A stretch of DNA of 64,000 bases from Bacteroidota bacterium (lineage in GTDB: Bacteria > Bacteroidota > Bacteroidia > Flavobacteriales > Weeksellaceae): contig JAFAFC010000035.1 of assembly GCA_023423715.1 (NCBI GenBank), positions 752 to 64,751 on the forward strand, read 5' to 3'. Made by a program: the position numbers and the translations under genes. The notes under the pieces were generated by a model that saw only the letters and a list, made by a program, of their open reading frames with translations, was not told the DNA's origin and did not search any database. Positions 49,994 to 58,008 of this stretch are shown piece after piece. Position 1 is the first letter of the stretch. Each line of letters begins with the position of its first letter.

Positions 49994-50052
49994 TGTATAA
50001 TGTAAAAAGTATTTTCACACTACATTGTACATAGTACTTTTTACATTTTACA
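49994..50052 (+). other. Intercistronic long imperfect hairpin (spacer before the 3-hydroxyacyl-CoA dehydrogenase gene)
   Basis: Arms at 49994-50013 and 50033-50052 form 18 Watson-Crick pairs, 1 G-U pair and 1 mismatch, with a 19-nt loop. The hairpin ends 1 nt before the ATG at 50054. An alternative 11-bp helix (49987-49997 with 50021-50031) is mutually exclusive with it. Confidence 0.6.
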
Positions 50053-50053
50053 A

Positions 50054-51193
50054 ATGAAGAAAGTAGGAATTATAGGAGCGGGAACAATGGGGGTAGGAAT
50101 CGCTCAAGTGGCGGCGACTAATGGTTGTTTCGTAACTATTTTTGATGCAAATTCTCAACAAGCGGAAAAAGCAAAAATTGGATTGCAATCAACGATAGAG
50201 AAGTTGGTTTCTAAAGGAAAGATTTCTCAAGAACAAGGTGATTCTATTCTTTCCAATTGTATTTTTTGTTCGAGTTTATCGGATTTGGCTCAAAGCGATT
50301 TGATTATTGAAGCCATTGTTGAAAATAAAGAAATCAAACATCAGGTTTTTACCGACCTAGAATCTTTGGTTTTGGAAACTTGCATTTTAGCGTCCAATAC
50401 ATCTTCTATTTCAATCACGTCTTTAGCTTCATGTTTGAAAAAACCAGAACGTTTTATTGGAATTCACTTTTTCAATCCAGCGCCGTTAATGCCATTGGTG
50501 GAAATTATTCCAGGATTGTTGACGGATGCTAAATTAAGTTCTGAAATGCTTCAATTGATGGCTGATTGGGGGAAAGTTCCCGTTTTAGCGAAAGACATTC
50601 CAGGTTTTATTGTCAACCGAATTGCGCGACCTTTTTACGGTGAAGGTTTACGAATTGTGGAGGAGGGGATTGCTACGCCGGAGCAAGTGGATGATGCAAT
50701 GCGCAGTCTCGGGAATTTTAAAATGGGACCTTTTGAGTTGATGGATTTAATTGGTGTTGATGTGAATTTTGCGGTAACCAAAACCGTTTATCAAGACTAT
50801 TTTTACGATAGAAAATACCAACCAAGTTTGCTACAGCAGCGCATGAGTGAAGCGAAATTGTGGGGGAGAAAAACCGGTCGCGGATTTTATAATTATGCAG
50901 AAAATGCAGAAAACCCAATTCCGGATAAGAATGAGAAGTTGTACGCAGAGATTTTCAATCGAATTATAGCAATGTTGATTAACGAAGCGGTTGAAGCAAA
51001 ACGTTTGAAAGTTGCTTCGGATGAAGATTTGGATTTGGCGATGATGAAAGGCGTAAATTATCCAAAAGGTTTATTGGCTTGGGGCGAAGAAATTGGTTTT
51101 GATCGAATTTCAAAAACACTTCACGATCTGTACGAAACCTATCAAGAAGAGCGATACAGACAGAGTCCTTTGCTTCAAAAACTAGCAAATTAA
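50054..51193 (+). CDS. 3-hydroxyacyl-CoA dehydrogenase (PaaH-like), long form
   Basis: 379 aa with the Rossmann motif GIIGAGTMGVGIA, the 3HCDH blocks SNTSS and GIHFFNPAP, and an extra C-terminal 3HCDH_C-like segment. Confidence 0.8.
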   Translation: MKKVGIIGAGTMGVGIAQVAATNGCFVTIFDANSQQAEKAKIGLQSTIEKLVSKGKISQEQGDSILSNCIFCSSLSDLAQSDLIIEAIVENKEIKHQVFTDLESLVLETCILASNTSSISITSLASCLKKPERFIGIHFFNPAPLMPLVEIIPGLLTDAKLSSEMLQLMADWGKVPVLAKDIPGFIVNRIARPFYGEGLRIVEEGIATPEQVDDAMRSLGNFKMGPFELMDLIGVDVNFAVTKTVYQDYFYDRKYQPSLLQQRMSEAKLWGRKTGRGFYNYAENAENPIPDKNEKLYAEIFNRIIAMLINEAVEAKRLKVASDEDLDLAMMKGVNYPKGLLAWGEEIGFDRISKTLHDLYETYQEERYRQSPLLQKLAN

Positions 51194-51220
51194 TTTTTTA
51201 AAATCTACAAAAAAAGAACA

Positions 51221-51634
51221 ATGAATCCGAAAGAGCTTGCTCAATATATGCTGAATCAAGACGCTTTTTCCCAATGGATGGGTGTTAAAATTATCGATGT
51301 AACTGAGAAATATTGCCTACTCGAAATGCCTATTCGTTTCGAAATGGTCAACGGTCTTCGGACGGTTCACGGCGGTGTGACGTTTGCCTTTGCAGATACG
51401 GCTTTAGCGTTCTCTTCAAACAATACCAACGATGCTTCTGTGGCGCTTAATTGCGTGATTAATTTCACCAAAGCGGTGCGCGAAGGAGATACGTTGAGAG
51501 CGGAAAGTATTTTGGTTTCCGATACTCGAAAAACGGGGATTTATGATATTAAAATCACCAATCAAAACAACGATTTAGTAGCGTCGTTTCGAGGAACGGT
51601 ATATAAACTTGGAAAAGCGGTTACGGATTTATAA
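51221..51634 (+). CDS. paaI: Hotdog-fold acyl-CoA thioesterase, PaaI type
   Basis: 137 aa. The motif N..G.VHGGVTFAFADTA is typical of the PaaI/4HBT class. Confidence 0.8.
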   Translation: MNPKELAQYMLNQDAFSQWMGVKIIDVTEKYCLLEMPIRFEMVNGLRTVHGGVTFAFADTALAFSSNNTNDASVALNCVINFTKAVREGDTLRAESILVSDTRKTGIYDIKITNQNNDLVASFRGTVYKLGKAVTDL

Positions 51635-52234
51635 AACCCGCAAATCCAATACTTTTTCGTCTTGAAGAAAGGCTTGTAGAACATCCTTTTCAACAACTTT
51701 TCCAACTCCTGCAGGTGTTCCTGTGAATATCAAATCGCCAACACGCAATGTGAAATACTGCGAGACAAAAGCAATGATAGAATCGATACTAAACATCATT
51801 TGCTTCGTATTTCCATCCTGAACTTTTGCTCCATTTTTCAACAACGAAAACGAAAGGTTTTCTAAATCATAATTCGCTTTAGGAAAGAATGAACTTAAAA
51901 CGGCAGAACCATCAAAACCTTTGGCAAGTTCCCAAGGAAGTCCTTTTGATTTAAGTTCCGATTGCAAATCACGTGCGGTAAAGTCAATTCCCAAACCGAT
52001 TTCTTCGTAGTGTTTAGTCGCATTTTCTTTTTGAATGTACTTTCCACCTTTCGAAATTTTTACAACCACTTCAACTTCATAATGAACATCGTTGGAAAAT
52101 TCGGGGATGTAAAAACCATTTCCCTTCAAAACAGCCGTGTCGGGCTTCATGAAAATCACGGGTTTATCGGGAATTTCGTTTCCTAGTTCTTTCGCATGTT
52201 CCGAATAATTTCTTCCAATACAGATTATTTTCAT
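51629..52234 (-). CDS. Fumarylacetoacetate hydrolase (FAH) family protein
   Basis: 201 aa. MKIICIGRNY..HA.E......P..P..F.KP and the C-terminal GD.I.TGTP.GVG are typical of small FAH-family enzymes. Its stop abuts the paaI stop (TTATAA). Confidence 0.8.
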   Translation of the reverse strand: MKIICIGRNYSEHAKELGNEIPDKPVIFMKPDTAVLKGNGFYIPEFSNDVHYEVEVVVKISKGGKYIQKENATKHYEEIGLGIDFTARDLQSELKSKGLPWELAKGFDGSAVLSSFFPKANYDLENLSFSLLKNGAKVQDGNTKQMMFSIDSIIAFVSQYFTLRVGDLIFTGTPAGVGKVVEKDVLQAFLQDEKVLDLRVL

Positions 52235-52249
52235 GACGGTTTTTGAATT

Positions 52250-53014
52250 TTAAAATTTACTTTTTAGTTGAATTCCAGTTAGGATTTTCTTCGTGTATAA
52301 AGGGAAATCAGCATTCATAATCCAGCTGTAGTAGCCCATATCTTTTTTGAAAACCTCCAATACTTTTTGTCCTTTGTACTTTCCAAATTGGAAGATTTCG
52401 TCATCAGCATCGTCATAGCCGATCATCCCTGCTAAATCTGCAAATTTATTATGGTAAGAAAACTCACTTAAACCTGCGATGTCTTTCGGGAGATCAGGAT
52501 AATGACCAACTTGCGCATCCAAAACCTCAAAAGTTGCCATAACATCGGCTTCTGCAGAGTGAGCGTTGGTTAATTCTTTCTGACAATAGAATTTGTAAGC
52601 GGCGCTTAACGTACGTGGTTCCATTTTGTGGTAAATGGTTTGTGCATCTACCAAACGGAATTTACTTAAATCAAAATCAACTCCAGCTCGCAAAAGTTCT
52701 TCCGCTAACAAAGGAACATCAAAACGATTGGAATTGAAGCCTCCCAAATCCGTTCCCGCAATAAATTCAATCACTTTCGAAGCGATTTCTTTAAACGTAG
52801 GAGCGTCTTTCACTTTGTCATCCGTAATCCCATGAATATCCGAAGACGCTTGTGGAATGGGCATTTCTGGATTTACCAACCACGTTTTGGACTCTCGAGA
52901 AGCATCAGGATTGATTTTTAAAATAGAAATTTCAACAATTCGGTCTTTTCCAACGTTTGTTCCTGTTGTTTCAAGGTCGAAAACGCAAAAAGGTTTATGT
53001 AATTTAAGATTCAT
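52250..53014 (-). CDS. DEDDh 3'-5' exonuclease (DnaQ-like) with a C-terminal small domain
   Basis: The exonuclease motifs FDLETTG, HGITD and HSAEADV are present. The C-terminus reads FGKYKGQKV...YYSW. Confidence 0.8.
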   Translation of the reverse strand: MNLKLHKPFCVFDLETTGTNVGKDRIVEISILKINPDASRESKTWLVNPEMPIPQASSDIHGITDDKVKDAPTFKEIASKVIEFIAGTDLGGFNSNRFDVPLLAEELLRAGVDFDLSKFRLVDAQTIYHKMEPRTLSAAYKFYCQKELTNAHSAEADVMATFEVLDAQVGHYPDLPKDIAGLSEFSYHNKFADLAGMIGYDDADDEIFQFGKYKGQKVLEVFKKDMGYYSWIMNADFPLYTKKILTGIQLKSKF

Positions 53015-53025
53015 ATAAAGGTAAA

Positions 53026-53742
53026 TTATTGGCTAAGTTGCTTCTGAAAAAGGATGGAAACCACCATGTAATAAACGATGGTTAATGGGATTCCTACCCA
53101 GCCAAATGAGATTAAAATAACGATACTTCCTACTAATAAAGCTAGTTTTGGATAGTTATCTTGAAGTTTCATAGATTTGAATTTCATCGCGATCATTTTG
53201 ATAGGACTCACCAAAAGCCACGAACAAAGGAACGTTAAAACCAACCAAAATCCAACACTATTGGTCATGGGAACGTATTGTCCCATTTGTTTCGTTGCAT
53301 AGAACAATCCAAATAACAATATTGTGTTAGAAGGCGTGTTTAAGCCTTTGAAATAGTATTTCTGCTCCTCATCGAGGTTGAAAATAGCTAATCGTAAACA
53401 AGAAAACAAAGTCACAAAAAACCCTAGATATTTGATTTCAAACGGTAAATGAATTCCGAATAGGTCTGCGCCAAAAGGTTCCATGGCTTTATACAACGTC
53501 AATCCAGGTAAAAATCCGAAACTCACCATATCCGCCAAAGAATCCAATTGAACTCCAAGATTAGAATTTGATTTTAAAGCGCGTGCTATAAAGCCATCGA
53601 AAAAATCCAAAACCAATGAAATAACAATACACAAAGCGGTAATTTGATAATCGCCCAAAAGCAAATGAACGGCGCCCACGCAACCTGAAAAGAGATTTCC
53701 AAGCGTGAAAGCGTTGGCTAGATTGTTTCGTACAAAATTCAT
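53026..53742 (-). CDS. pssA: CDP-alcohol phosphatidyltransferase, phosphatidylserine-synthase-like
   Basis: The signature D-x2-DG-x2-AR-x8-G-x3-D-x3-D is present (DFFDGFIARALKSNSNLGVQLDSLAD). Start M17 (MNFVRNNLANAF...) is preferred to the longer ORF. Confidence 0.7.
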   Translation of the reverse strand: MNFVRNNLANAFTLGNLFSGCVGAVHLLLGDYQITALCIVISLVLDFFDGFIARALKSNSNLGVQLDSLADMVSFGFLPGLTLYKAMEPFGADLFGIHLPFEIKYLGFFVTLFSCLRLAIFNLDEEQKYYFKGLNTPSNTILLFGLFYATKQMGQYVPMTNSVGFWLVLTFLCSWLLVSPIKMIAMKFKSMKLQDNYPKLALLVGSIVILISFGWVGIPLTIVYYMVVSILFQKQLSQ

Positions 53743-53747
53743 AGCGA

Positions 53748-53755
53748 CAAAATTA
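53748..53755 (-). promoter_or_regulatory. Candidate -7 box TAATTTTG (minus strand)
   Basis: Exact TAnnTTTG match 5 nt upstream of the ATG at 53742, so the transcript may be leaderless. Confidence 0.35.
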
Positions 53756-53816
53756 AGAAATACATTTGAGAGCGCTTCGAAAATTAGCACTCAATACGGA
53801 TTTCAAGAGTTTAAAA

Positions 53817-55427
53817 TTATTTCTGCACTTTATAAACGTAGTGAATTTTCCTTTCCGTGTGGTTTTTAGACTTGCCACCTTCCTCATTATCATCGTATCG
53901 ATCAACGAGAGTCACCTGATAGCCCATTTTTTCAAAAGGCTGCATCACATGCTTTCCTTCTGTGTTGGTTGCTACGTAAAATTGGTTTTCCTTAGGAAGA
54001 GTTTTCGCATCATTCAACTTAATTTCAGGCATCACTTCTTGATATTTAAACCAAACTTCAGGCGAATATTCTTCGTACGAGTACAAAGTCGCTTTTTCAT
54101 TTTCGATTTGATCTTTTAGTATCAACATCGATTTGTGCTCGGTATTGTTGTTAAAAGCTTGATCAATAATAGGAATTCCGAACAAAACGGTTCCCACCAT
54201 TAAAATCAATAAAGCTGAAAAGGCTTTCTCAAATTTCGCCCCTGCAAAAACAGAATACAAAACATAAATTCCAACAGCAAAAGCGATTAAGGAAAAAACA
54301 ATGCTGTAAAATCCGATACTGATCGGTAGGAAAAAGATACCAACCGAAAGCGCTAAACAAACAATACCAAGAATGCTAAAAATTACTTTGTTGAGCTTCT
54401 TTTCCCATTTTTTTAATTGCGTAACAGTGAATAAATAGTATAAATAATATCCCGTAGTTACGGCTAGAGGAACCATCATGGGGAAAAGATAACGTTCTTT
54501 TTTTGATGGAATTAAGGATAAAAAGATAAACGCAAATACCGTCCAATAAAAGAAGAAAAGGTATTGTCTTGGTTGGCTTGTCCTTTTTTTCATCATAGGA
54601 AAAATCAATCCGATAACGCTGAAGAAAATCCAAATTCCCGTTTGAGCAGGGAAGTTGAGGTAACGTGTAAATGGTTTTACATCCCGATTTCCTCTCGCCG
54701 ATGCTTCTTTTTCCATCACCGCTAAAAAGGTATCCGAATCGGCTAAATAAACATAACCATACCATGAAAAACCGATGATAATTGTGATCACGGCGCAAAA
54801 TGCAATGCCACCAATCTCTTTCCACTTTGGAAAACCGTTGGTTAAAACGTACGCTATATACATTGGAATCAACAAAACATACGGTCCAGTTGGGCCTTTA
54901 CTTAATACGGAGAATCCAAAGAAAATTCCCGCAACAAGGTAATTGGGAAAGGTTTTGATGTTTTTCAGAGCGAGTAGGAAATAATACATTCCAATCACCA
55001 TAAATGCATAAGAGAAAATGTCCCAATTGGCTCTTCTACCAACATAAATTACCAAAAAACTGGTAATGAAAATTAACGATGATATTAAAGCTAAACGAGC
55101 ATTATTGGTTACAAAAACGACAATTTTGTACAAATAAATTAAAGCAGCAAAACAAACCAAAGCTGCTGGAATTCGGAGTGCTCCAATGTGATCAAAGCCA
55201 AAAAGCATGCCCATAAAAGCGGATAACCAAGTAGGTAAAGGCGGTTTTTCGTAACGCGGCAAATCATTCATCGTGGTGAAAATCCAATGTCCTTCATGTG
55301 CCATTTCTCGTGCGCTAACAAAATTTCGCGCCTCCATAATGTCTACATATAGTAGTCCCAAATGGGCGAAAAGAATCACAGAACCAACGGCAAGCAGTAA
55401 AATAAAGTAGGATTTCTCCGATTTCAT
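53817..55427 (-). CDS. GT39/GT-C family glycosyltransferase (ArnT / protein-mannosyltransferase-like)
   Basis: 536 aa with about 12 TM helices. The N-terminal loop DIMEARNFVSAREM...RYEKPPLPTWL is typical of ArnT/PMT-type GT-C enzymes. A soluble C-terminal domain follows. Confidence 0.8.
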   Translation of the reverse strand: MKSEKSYFILLLAVGSVILFAHLGLLYVDIMEARNFVSAREMAHEGHWIFTTMNDLPRYEKPPLPTWLSAFMGMLFGFDHIGALRIPAALVCFAALIYLYKIVVFVTNNARLALISSLIFITSFLVIYVGRRANWDIFSYAFMVIGMYYFLLALKNIKTFPNYLVAGIFFGFSVLSKGPTGPYVLLIPMYIAYVLTNGFPKWKEIGGIAFCAVITIIIGFSWYGYVYLADSDTFLAVMEKEASARGNRDVKPFTRYLNFPAQTGIWIFFSVIGLIFPMMKKRTSQPRQYLFFFYWTVFAFIFLSLIPSKKERYLFPMMVPLAVTTGYYLYYLFTVTQLKKWEKKLNKVIFSILGIVCLALSVGIFFLPISIGFYSIVFSLIAFAVGIYVLYSVFAGAKFEKAFSALLILMVGTVLFGIPIIDQAFNNNTEHKSMLILKDQIENEKATLYSYEEYSPEVWFKYQEVMPEIKLNDAKTLPKENQFYVATNTEGKHVMQPFEKMGYQVTLVDRYDDNEEGGKSKNHTERKIHYVYKVQK

Positions 55428-55441
55428 GAGCAGAGTTTTTG

Positions 55442-55449
55442 CAAATATA
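55442..55449 (-). promoter_or_regulatory. Candidate -7 box TATATTTG (minus strand) for the GT39 gene
   Basis: Exact TAnnTTTG match 14 nt upstream of the ATG at 55427. Confidence 0.4.
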
Positions 55450-55453
55450 GTAA

Positions 55454-55468
55454 CTCCAAACTTTGGAG
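55454..55468. promoter_or_regulatory. 15-bp perfect palindrome CTCCAAA-C-TTTGGAG between divergent -7 boxes
   Basis: Read directly from the sequence. It is centred between the boxes at 55442-49 and 55493-500. Confidence 0.4.
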
Positions 55469-55492
55469 ATTTATTTTTATTGCTTTTTGAAG

Positions 55493-55500
55493 TATCTTTG
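55493..55500 (+). promoter_or_regulatory. Candidate -7 box TATCTTTG for the GT2 gene
   Basis: Exact TAnnTTTG match 20 nt upstream of the ATG at 55521. Confidence 0.4.
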
Positions 55501-55520
55501 CATTTTCAAACTCATTTTTA

Positions 55521-56460
55521 ATGAACCATAATAAACTCTATTCTGTCGTTGTTCCGCTTTACAATGAAGAAGAAAACGCTCCTTTGTTAATCAAGGCGAT
55601 TGATGATGTTCTAAAGGATTATCAATACGAATTGATTTTGGTGGACGATTTTTCTACGGATAAAACCGTAAAAGTGGTTCGAGATTTAGCGCATCCACAT
55701 GTTGTTCTTATCGAGTTGAAGAAAAATTACGGTCAAAGTTCCGCTTTAATGGCAGGAATCGACTACGCACAAGGTGATTACATCATTACAATGGACGGTG
55801 ATTTGCAAAATGATCCTACAGACATCCCGAAAATGGTGGATGAAATGGATGCGAATCAATGCGATTTAGTAATTGGTCGTCGTCAGAAAAGACAAGATAA
55901 TTTACTACGAACATTCCCTTCTAAAGTGGCTAATTTTATCATTAGAAGAACCACGAAGTTAAATGTAAAAGATCACGGTTGCGCTTTGAAAGTTTTTTGA
56001 AAAAGAAACCGCAAAAGGACTTGATTTATACGGGGAGTCACATCGTTTTATTACGCTTCATGCGCACATGGCTGGAGCTCGTATTGTTGAAGTTCCCGTA
56101 AAGCACCACGCAAGACAATTTGGAGTTTCCAAATACGGAATTGGGCGCACAACCAAAGTTATCAACGATTTATTGTTGTTGATGTTCAATCAAAAATACC
56201 TTCAAAAACCTATTTATCTTTTCGGAAACTTAGGGATTATCGCTTTCGGATTGGGGATTTTGGTGAATTTGTATTTGTTGGTTTTAAAGTTAATGGGTGA
56301 GGAAATCGGCGGTAGACCTTTGCTGATTTTAGGTATTTTGTTAATTTTTGTAGGGATTCAATTGTTTACCACAGGAATTATTGTTGATTTATTGATGAAA
56401 ACCTATTACGAATCGCAAAGTAAGCGTCCATTTAATATTCGAAAAATCACCACTTTTTGA
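55521..56460 (+). pseudogene. GT2 polyprenyl-phosphate glycosyltransferase (ArnC/GtrB/DPM1-like) interrupted by a +1 frameshift
   Basis: ORF 55521-56000 holds the catalytic half (VVVPLYNEE, DGDLQNDP) and ORF 56068-56460 holds the C-terminal TM half. Deleting one T from the T6 run at 55993-55998 joins them as ...GCALKVF-EKETAKGLDLYGESHRFITLHAHMAGARIVEVPV..., giving about 312 aa. Confidence 0.75.
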
Positions 56461-57311
56461 AAAAAGTAAAGAAAATAGGAATCACGCTGCTCAAAATTGG
56501 AGTGAGCTTTCTATTGCTGTATTGGGTTTTTAAAAAGATTCCCTTTAGAGAAGTTTGGGGATTAATCGTTGAGAGTAATTACGTTTATCTCGCTTTAGCT
56601 TTAGTTGCTTTTGTCCTGTCACAAGTGGTTTCATCGCTTCGGTTGGTTAAGTTTTTAGAAGTTCAAGACTATCATTTGTCCAAAATAACCAATTGGAAAT
56701 TGTATCTCATTGGGATGTTTTACAACTTCTTTATTCCGGGCGGAATTGGTGGAGATGCTTATAAAATCTATATTCTCAATAAAAAATTCCAGTGGAATGT
56801 CAAGAAACTTACATCCGCAATATTTTGCGATCGATTGGTTGGCTTGATAGCAATTGTTGTTTTAATTCAAATTTTTGCGATTTCGTTGTTTGAAACACCG
56901 TGGAAATGGGCCTTGTTGGGAACTGCTTTCATTTCGGTTGTTGGAGGATTTTTCTTCTTCAAACTCTTTTTTAAAACCTATAAAACCATTTTTTCGAAAA
57001 CATTTTTTTACTCCATTGGAGTTCAATTGCTTCAAATTTTTAGTGTTTTTTGCATTCTCAAAGCTATTGCTCCTGTTGATTCGGTTTGGATTTATTTAGT
57101 CGTTTTCTTGTTAAGTGCGATTCTGAGTTTGATCTCGTTTTCCGGAATTGGCGTTCGTGAATGGCTATTTATGAAAGCGGCGGTCTTGTATCATTTTGAT
57201 CCTCAGATTTCCGTTTCGGCGGCGCTCGTTTTTACGATTATGACGGCGTTTGTTTCTCTTTTCGGAATTTGGTATCAAAACCGTAAGATCTTCAATATAG
57301 ATTCTTTGTAG
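56457..57311 (+). CDS. LPG-synthase-TM / UPF0104 flippase-like membrane protein
   Basis: 284 aa with about 8 TM helices and the FFIPGGIGGDAYKIY motif. Its TTG start overlaps the GT2 stop (TTGA). Confidence 0.7.
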   Translation: MKKVKKIGITLLKIGVSFLLLYWVFKKIPFREVWGLIVESNYVYLALALVAFVLSQVVSSLRLVKFLEVQDYHLSKITNWKLYLIGMFYNFFIPGGIGGDAYKIYILNKKFQWNVKKLTSAIFCDRLVGLIAIVVLIQIFAISLFETPWKWALLGTAFISVVGGFFFFKLFFKTYKTIFSKTFFYSIGVQLLQIFSVFCILKAIAPVDSVWIYLVVFLLSAILSLISFSGIGVREWLFMKAAVLYHFDPQISVSAALVFTIMTAFVSLFGIWYQNRKIFNIDSL

Positions 57312-57462
57312 AATTTTATTCTGTTTAGTTTTTCTTTTTGGCTTATTTGTTGATATTTATGCTATATATAGTAAAATATTTTTGTTGTTTAAAAAAAAAT
57401 TCTATTTTTAGCCAATCAATCAACAGAAGTATATTTCTATTGAATTATTAAAAATTTAGAAA

Positions 57463-57882
57463 ATGAAAAAATTAGTATTCACTTTTGCGTTATCGCTAAT
57501 CAGTGTTTTTTCTTTTGCACAAATAGAAGGGAAGTGGAAAACCATTGACGACGAAACGGGACAAGCAAAATCCATCGTTGAGATTTACAAAAAATCGGAT
57601 GGTAAATATTATGCGAAAATTAATCAATTATTACAAAAGCCAGAAAATAATAACTGTGTAAAATGTAGTGATGATCGTAAAAACAAACCACTTATCGGTC
57701 TAGAAATTATTCGTGGATTGAAAAAAGATGGTGCTGAATTTTCTGGTGGAACAATCACCGATCCTAAATCTGGAAAAACGTATAAATGTACGATTAAAAG
57801 AGACGGGAATAAACTTAATGTAAGAGGCTACGTAGGGCTTTCGCTTATCGGAAGAACCCAAACTTGGCAAAAAGCAGACTAA
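57463..57882 (+). CDS. DUF2147-family secreted protein
   Basis: 139 aa with a signal peptide. The pattern GKWKTIDDETGQAKSIVEIY...C.KC...GGTI.DP.SGKTY......L.VRGY matches my recollection of DUF2147. Confidence 0.75.
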   Translation: MKKLVFTFALSLISVFSFAQIEGKWKTIDDETGQAKSIVEIYKKSDGKYYAKINQLLQKPENNNCVKCSDDRKNKPLIGLEIIRGLKKDGAEFSGGTITDPKSGKTYKCTIKRDGNKLNVRGYVGLSLIGRTQTWQKAD

Positions 57883-57912
57883 ACCAACTCACAACCATCA
57901 TATTTTAATGGT

Positions 57913-57942
57913 AAAGACATTCGTCATGAATGTCTTTTTTTT
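57913..57942 (+). terminator. Rho-independent terminator
   Basis: Stem AAAGACATTC/GAATGTCTTT followed by T8. Confidence 0.8.
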
Positions 57943-57976
57943 ATACCTTGAATATTTCTTTTTATTTAAAATTTGC

Positions 57977-57984
57977 TAATTTTG
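57977..57984 (+). promoter_or_regulatory. Candidate -7 box TAATTTTG
   Basis: Exact TAnnTTTG match 24 nt upstream of the ATG at 58009. Confidence 0.4.
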
Positions 57985-58008
57985 TATTCTAATTAATTAA
58001 AACAGATT

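Noticed and set aside
49987-50047. H-type pseudoknot formed by helices A:A' and B:B'
   Set aside because: The connecting loops would be only 1 nt and 3 nt across 13-bp and 11-bp stems, which is sterically implausible. I treat the helices as alternatives instead.
54376-54825. 149-aa minus-strand ORF, and the 117-aa plus-strand ORF at 53766-54119
   Set aside because: One is an alternative frame and the other is antisense, both inside the GT39 membrane-protein gene. The GT39 frame is continuous with coherent TM helices.
55993-55998. Programmed ribosomal frameshifting at the T6 run in the GT2 gene
   Set aside because: There is no downstream stimulatory structure or known slippery heptamer context. 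A mutation or sequencing error is the simpler explanation.
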